Below, one piece after another: positions 26,179 through 31,137 of a stretch of 31,137 nt of DNA. The notes under the pieces were generated by a model, which saw only the letters and a list, made by a program, of their open reading frames with translations, ran no database searches and was not told where the DNA came from. Source of the stretch: an uncultured Candidatus Saccharibacteria bacterium (GTDB taxonomy: Bacteria; Patescibacteriota; WWE3; JAUXAW01; JAYEID01); the NCBI GenBank assembly GCA_964581885.1, contig CAZOPS010000004.1, forward strand, positions 1-31,137, written 5' to 3'. Made by a program: the position numbers and the translations under genes. Position 1 is the stretch's first letter, and each line of letters begins with the position of its first letter.

Positions 26179-28056
26179 ATGTCTTTACGTAAAAACAGGC
26201 GATTAAACTTTTTGTTAGGGTTATTGCTTGTGGCTTTGGCTGCTGTTTCTGTGCGTCTTTTCCAGATACAGGTTTTACGACACGGAAAATACGGAGCTTT
26301 AGCAGAAACCCAACACGGAATATCTTATACACTTCCAGCACCACGAGGTAAGATTTATGCGCAAGACGGTTTCCCTCTTGTTTCTAACCAACCAGCGTAT
26401 TTACTTTACGCTGAACCTTCTCAGATTGATTTTTCAAAAATAAGTCGGGGAGAAATATCTCGTCGCATTTTAGAAGCTCTGGATGAAGACTCGTGTCCTG
26501 CTGTCAATTTTCGTTATGAGGCTGGGTTGGATTCTTACCAAAGATATCATGCTTGTAAGCAATATCTTACGGAAAGATTAGGATACTCGCGTCAGTGGAT
26601 ACCGCTTGCGAGAGAGCTAACTGCAGAACAGAAAGAACGGCTGGATAAGTTGGGAATTAAAGGATTGGGTTTTGAAGAAACTCCAGTTAGGTATTACCCC
26701 GAAGGGCGGTTGGCTGCCCACCTTTTGGGTATTGTTGGTTCTGATGAAGATGGTAACCCTTGTGGTTACTACGGGTTGGAGGGCTTTTTCGATGGTGACT
26801 TGCGCGGTCAGGATGGTTTAGTTTTAGAAGAGAGGAGCGCTTTGGGAGAACCTATTTTGGTAGGCAATTATATGAAACGTCCGTCAAAAGAGGGCCGGGA
26901 TTTAATTTTAACTTTGGATCGGGCAGTACAGTTTACGGTGGAAGAGATTTTAGAAGAGGGAGTGGAAGAGTTTGGTGCTGAGAGTGGTACAGTTATAATT
27001 TTGGATCCCGAAACAGGGGGTATTATTGCCATGGCTAATTATCCCTCATTTTATCCAGAGAAGCCGGTTGAAAGATTTGAGAAGAGAGAGGAAACTGCTG
27101 AAGATGAGGAAAAGGAGAAGGAGGACCAAGAAAATGAAGAGCAGGAGGGTGAAGATGAAAAAAAACCGCAGAGCGAATTTTCTGAGAAAGATTATGAAGA
27201 TATTCCGCAAAACTTAGCAATCTCATCTTCTTATGAGCCCGGGTCGGTAATGAAAGCATTGACCATGGCTGCGGCTATAGAGGAAGGAAAGGTAACTCCT
27301 CAAACTACGTTTTTCAGCCAACCCTTGGAAGTTGGAGACCACACTATAAAGACTTGGGATGGCAAGTATTATGGGGAAGAAACTATGGTTGAGGTTCTGG
27401 AGCGTTCTGATAATACTGGTGCTGCCTGGCTTGCTTTAGAAAAGTTAGGAAAAAGGACATTGCGCTCTTATTTTTTGGATTTTGGTTTGGGGCAAAAGTT
27501 AGGGATTGATTTGGAAGGTGAGTCAGCTGGTATTTTGCGCCCTTCTTCTGAATGGCGACCTGTTGATTTGGCGAGTGCGTCTTTTGGACAGGGTTTATCC
27601 GTTACGCCACTTCAGATGGCCTCTGCTTTTACTGTGTTTGCAAATGACGGAGTGTTGATGAAACCTCGTGTCGTTTCAAAAATTCGTGAGGGTGAGAAGG
27701 AAATTTTGATTACACCGGAACGGGTTAGAAGAGTTATTTCTTCCCACACTGCAAATGTTATGACAGGTATGCTTACTAAGGCAGCAATGCATGGTGAGGC
27801 CAGTTTCTTTGTTCTCCAAGACTGGGAGGTAGCAGGTAAGACTGGTACTGCTCAGATTCCAATTGGTGGCCGCTACGACCCACACCGAACCAATGCAACT
27901 TTTGTTGGTTTTTTGCCACAGTCGAGAAAGTTTGTTATGCTAGTAAAGCTCGAGAAGCCCTCTACCAGTATATATGCTGCGGAGACAGCAGTACCATTGT
28001 GGATGGAGATTGCTAAGGAACTTATTCGATACTACGGTATAGCACCAGATAGGTGA
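26179..28056 (+). CDS. ftsI: Class B penicillin-binding protein (FtsI/PBP2-like)
   Basis: PRGKIY, RYYPEG..AAHLLG, GLE, EPGSVMK (SxxK), SDN, KTGT. Confidence 0.9.
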   Translation: MSLRKNRRLNFLLGLLLVALAAVSVRLFQIQVLRHGKYGALAETQHGISYTLPAPRGKIYAQDGFPLVSNQPAYLLYAEPSQIDFSKISRGEISRRILEALDEDSCPAVNFRYEAGLDSYQRYHACKQYLTERLGYSRQWIPLARELTAEQKERLDKLGIKGLGFEETPVRYYPEGRLAAHLLGIVGSDEDGNPCGYYGLEGFFDGDLRGQDGLVLEERSALGEPILVGNYMKRPSKEGRDLILTLDRAVQFTVEEILEEGVEEFGAESGTVIILDPETGGIIAMANYPSFYPEKPVERFEKREETAEDEEKEKEDQENEEQEGEDEKKPQSEFSEKDYEDIPQNLAISSSYEPGSVMKALTMAAAIEEGKVTPQTTFFSQPLEVGDHTIKTWDGKYYGEETMVEVLERSDNTGAAWLALEKLGKRTLRSYFLDFGLGQKLGIDLEGESAGILRPSSEWRPVDLASASFGQGLSVTPLQMASAFTVFANDGVLMKPRVVSKIREGEKEILITPERVRRVISSHTANVMTGMLTKAAMHGEASFFVLQDWEVAGKTGTAQIPIGGRYDPHRTNATFVGFLPQSRKFVMLVKLEKPSTSIYAAETAVPLWMEIAKELIRYYGIAPDR

Positions 28057-28077
28057 TAGAGTTTTGAATTTTAAATT

Positions 28078-28098
28078 CCTGCCTTGCCGGCAGGCAGG
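28078..28098. repeat. CCTGCC-type palindrome inside a heptad run
   Basis: gaattttaaatt[cctgccttgccggcaggcagg]ttaaattttgaat. Confidence 0.85.
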
Positions 28099-28213
28099 TT
28101 AAATTTTGAATCAGATTAGATTTTAGTTTGGATCTTGCTAGTTGTAGATTTATCAACAGGGCAAAAGCTTTATTGTTTATGGTTTAAAAGTTGTCATTTG
28201 TAACTTCTAAGTT

Positions 28214-29551
28214 ATGTCTTATTTTCATATTCAAGGAGGCAAACCTTTAAAAGGAAAAGTAACTATTTCCGGTTCGAAGAATGCGGCAATTAAGATGATT
28301 GGTGCATCTCTTCTTACTTCGGAACCAATTGTTCTTTCTAATGTGCCGGAGATAGAGGATGTTTTGGTTGATTTGGAGGTAATTAAGAGTTTGGGTGTTT
28401 CTGTTGAAAAAGCACGTGGTGGTTTAAAGCTTTGTGCAGCAAACTTGGGTAAAAGTAAAATCCCCCGAAATTTAAGCGGTAAAACGCGAGCGGCAATTAT
28501 AACTTTAGGGCCTCTTTTAGCGCGTAAAGGAAAGGTAGCTCTGTTTGGGGTTGGGGGTTGTAATATTGGAGACCGACCAATTGATAGGCATTTGCGCGCA
28601 TTGGAAGAGCTGGGGGTTGAAGTAACTTGTGAGGGTTCAGCAGTTTATGCTCGAGTGGATAGGTTAAGAGGTGGCACTATTAGGTTTGGGAAAAATACGG
28701 TGATGGGTACAGAAACAGCTATTTTGGCTTCGGTCTTGGCTGAGGGTGAGACCAGGATATACGGTGCTGCTCTGGAGCCGGAAGTGGATGATTTAATTGC
28801 GCTTCTCGAGAAGATGGGAGCAAAGATAGCAAGAAAAGAGGAGGAACCGCGCCAAATATTTATAGAGGGTGTGGAAGATCTTGGTGGAGCAAAACATAGT
28901 GTGCTACCGGATAGAAATGAGGCAGTGACCTATGCAGTAGCTGCAGCTGCAACCCGGGGTGATGTGACTCTCAAGAATGTGCGCACTGAGGATATGACTG
29001 CTTTCTTGCGAAAGTTGGGAGATGCTAAAGTTCCTTATGAGGTTAAGGGACAATCTCTTCGCGTTTGGGCAGAGCCTTCAGATTCTTTTACGCCTGCTGA
29101 TATAGAAACTGCCCCCCATCCCGGATTTATGACTGATTGGCAACAACCTTTTTCAGTTATTTTAACCCAAGCTAAGGGTGAGAGCACTATTCACGAAACA
29201 ATTTTTTATAATCGCTTGGATTATTTGTCGGAGCTGGAGAAGATGGGTGCAGAAGTTGAAGTGACTACTCCCAGTGAGGCGGGGATGGTATTTGATCCAG
29301 ATCGTTATGGCTTTGATTGGGAGCAAGATAAAGAACCGCAGGTCATAGCTAAAATACGTGGGCCGGCGCAGTTGCGCGGAGCAGAAGTTGTAATTCCAGA
29401 TCTGAGGGCGGGTGCCACGTTGGTAATAGCTGCTTTGGTAGCGGAAGGAGAAAGTAAGATCTATGGAATTGAGCATATTGATCGGGGATATGAAAACTTC
29501 GGGGAAAAGTTAAGTCAGCTCGGTGCTGATGTGGGAAGAGTTGAATCTTGA
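28214..29551 (+). CDS. murA: UDP-N-acetylglucosamine 1-carboxyvinyltransferase
   Basis: SGSKNAA, GGCNIGDRPID (catalytic Cys), A.EPEVDDL, PDRNE, HPGFMTDWQ, DLRAGA, HIDRGYE. Confidence 0.97.
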   Translation: MSYFHIQGGKPLKGKVTISGSKNAAIKMIGASLLTSEPIVLSNVPEIEDVLVDLEVIKSLGVSVEKARGGLKLCAANLGKSKIPRNLSGKTRAAIITLGPLLARKGKVALFGVGGCNIGDRPIDRHLRALEELGVEVTCEGSAVYARVDRLRGGTIRFGKNTVMGTETAILASVLAEGETRIYGAALEPEVDDLIALLEKMGAKIARKEEEPRQIFIEGVEDLGGAKHSVLPDRNEAVTYAVAAAATRGDVTLKNVRTEDMTAFLRKLGDAKVPYEVKGQSLRVWAEPSDSFTPADIETAPHPGFMTDWQQPFSVILTQAKGESTIHETIFYNRLDYLSELEKMGAEVEVTTPSEAGMVFDPDRYGFDWEQDKEPQVIAKIRGPAQLRGAEVVIPDLRAGATLVIAALVAEGESKIYGIEHIDRGYENFGEKLSQLGADVGRVES

Positions 29552-29559
29552 CACGGGGG

Positions 29560-30135
29560 TTAAGTTGCCTGGTATTTTATCTTTTTTCTTAGCTTCTTCA
29601 TACATCTGTGGACTATGGTTCCCACATTGGTTTCGCTCAGGCCCATCATTTCTGCGATATCCTTGTTCCTGCGACCTTCAAAAAACTTTAGATAAACTAT
29701 CTCCTGTTCTCTGTCAGGCAACTTGCTGATTAGGTTTTGGAGTAATTGCGCTCTTTCCTCTTTGATATAAGATGTAGCGGGCTGTTCTTCTTTTGAGACG
29801 GGAGGTGCGATGTTTTCAAGACTGGCATTTTCTCTTTTTTCCTGTTCCCGAAAGTAATCAATAAGAACGTTTCGGGCAATCTTGTATAACCACGCCGAGA
29901 GGGAAACGCCTTGCCATTGAAAAGAGTCTAAGCCTCTTAATGCTTTTGTAAATGTCTCCTGGGCCAAATCTTCTGTTTTTTCAGCTTGGCCCAGTTGGGC
30001 TCTGAAGAAAGCAGTGATGTGGGGTTGATAATGGGCGTAGATTTTTTCAAAAGCATCTTGTCCAGTTGTTCCGCCCTTTTGCGCTTTTTTTATCAGCTTC
30101 TCTTCTTTTTTCAGATCCATTGATATTTTTGACAT
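29560..30135 (-). CDS. ECF-type sigma-70 factor
   Basis: Region 2 EDLAQETFTKA...AWLYKIARNVLIDYFR; region 4 LPDREQEIVYLKFFEG...DIAEMMGLSETNVGTIVHRCMKKLR. Confidence 0.93.
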   Translation of the reverse strand: MSKISMDLKKEEKLIKKAQKGGTTGQDAFEKIYAHYQPHITAFFRAQLGQAEKTEDLAQETFTKALRGLDSFQWQGVSLSAWLYKIARNVLIDYFREQEKRENASLENIAPPVSKEEQPATSYIKEERAQLLQNLISKLPDREQEIVYLKFFEGRRNKDIAEMMGLSETNVGTIVHRCMKKLRKKIKYQAT

Positions 30136-30200
30136 AGGTTTGTTTTTGGCGTGAAATGGGACGACGTAAGAGTTGAGTAGCTGCTGTTATATTTAATATC

Positions 30201-31022
30201 TCATTGGATTTGTAGCGGGTCTTGTCGCGCCTCCTCAACTACTGGTAAGAGTTCCTTACGCGGTCCCATGATAACTACGATATCCTGGGCTCTGGGTTTT
30301 GCTTCTTTCCAGTCCTTTTGGGAGCGGATCCAGATTTTTTTTCCAGAAAGTGACTTTAAAATTTCGTATAGACTTTGTTCTAGTGGTGGAAAGTAGATAT
30401 AAGTTGCATCCACTACTAAAAATTCTTCCTTTCCTGGTAAGATTTGGATTCGAGGTTGGGGGAGAGGAATATCTTTTAAGGCTTGTTCAATTTGACTGAG
30501 TGACAATTTTAAGTCTTTCCCAATTTTTTTAACAATGTTTGAAATTTTTTCTAGATTAATACATTCTTCTTCGCTTAGTTTGTATCTTTTTCTGTAGTTC
30601 TGGCAGTCGGCTGGAGGATGCTTGCCACATTCAACAATAATTTGGGGACTTGTTATTTCTAGCCAATAATCAAGAATTTCAGAAAGGGAAGTGTTGTATT
30701 CAAGAATCAGAACATTTGGATGTGGTTTAAGTAGTATTAGTTGGAGAAAAGTCTTGCCGATTAAGAAAGCCCATTCAAAACAGTTTTGCGGATAAAACTT
30801 CGCTCCAAGTATGGTTAATGGTACAACAAACTCCGCTTCTGGGGATTCAATATTTCTTCTGGTTGGGACTTGCTTGTGAATTGCAGTATAGAGGGCTTCT
30901 CTTAAAAGTGCTGTTTTGCTTTCTCCAATTAGAGCAATTATTTGGGGCTTGTGTTTTTTTAGAGTAGTTTTGGTTAGGGCTTTTAAAACTTTACGTAAAA
31001 TTTTACGGAGAACCTTTCTCAT
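30201..31022 (-). CDS. Degenerate, shortened Mur-ligase (MurF-like) homolog
   Basis: LKKHKPQIIALIGESKT..EALY, VVPLTILG, PNVLILEY and PRIQILPG..FLVVDATY follow the MurF motif order, but the P-loop is eroded. Confidence 0.55.
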   Translation of the reverse strand: MRKVLRKILRKVLKALTKTTLKKHKPQIIALIGESKTALLREALYTAIHKQVPTRRNIESPEAEFVVPLTILGAKFYPQNCFEWAFLIGKTFLQLILLKPHPNVLILEYNTSLSEILDYWLEITSPQIIVECGKHPPADCQNYRKRYKLSEEECINLEKISNIVKKIGKDLKLSLSQIEQALKDIPLPQPRIQILPGKEEFLVVDATYIYFPPLEQSLYEILKSLSGKKIWIRSQKDWKEAKPRAQDIVVIMGPRKELLPVVEEARQDPLQIQ

Positions 31023-31075
31023 ACTGGGTATTATAACAATAATCTCCTGGTTATATCACTAGAAAAATTAGTTAG

Positions 31076-31137
31076 ACATAGAAACATAGAACATTAAAGC
31101 ATAGAACATAGAACATTAAAGCATAGAACATAGAACA
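31076..31137. repeat. 7/8-nt periodic tandem array, truncated at the window end
   Basis: catagaa/cattaaag units forming a 22-nt higher-order repeat (catagaacattaaagcatagaa). Confidence 0.85.

Noticed and set aside
2216-30499. Numerous 60-165 aa ORFs nested in or antisense to long genes
   Set aside because: They overlap well-supported CDSs and lack family motifs; expected by chance.
1-31137. tRNA, rRNA, self-splicing intron or diversity-generating retroelement
   Set aside because: I saw no cloverleaf or rRNA signatures, no reverse transcriptase or homing endonuclease, and no TR/VR pair with adenine-specific differences.
1-31137. Alternative genetic code (UGA recoded)
   Set aside because: Conserved genes such as mraZ-cluster members, recO and murA end at sensible lengths under code 11, several with TGA.

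Overview
This 31-kb window is bacterial chromosome, most likely Patescibacteria/CPR (inferred from gene content and style; TGA is used as a stop). Positions 1-20.5 kb hold a surface-glycosylation locus: GT-C/ArnT-like membrane transferases, five GT4-type enzymes, a methyltransferase, an O-antigen-ligase/ArnT fusion, a priming sugar transferase and a DUF4012 protein. The locus is interrupted by three small TPR/membrane genes and by an ABC-2 exporter operon that is itself split by a REP-associated tyrosine transposase (RAYT) bounded by identical 25-nt hairpin repeats. Positions 20.5-31 kb are housekeeping: recO, a T-box riboswitch with glycyl-tRNA synthetase, a kinase-like ORF, mraZ-rsmH-ftsL-ftsI-murA, an ECF sigma factor and a degenerate Mur ligase. 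The most striking signal is not in the gene list. Several families of short palindromic and 7-/9-nt periodic DNA elements sit in-frame inside glycosyltransferase genes, are sometimes nested, and also occur between genes. One ~50-nt hairpin family is present in three genes with fully compensatory stem changes. This resembles Rickettsia palindromic elements or REPINs; mobilisation by the local RAYT is a hypothesis only.
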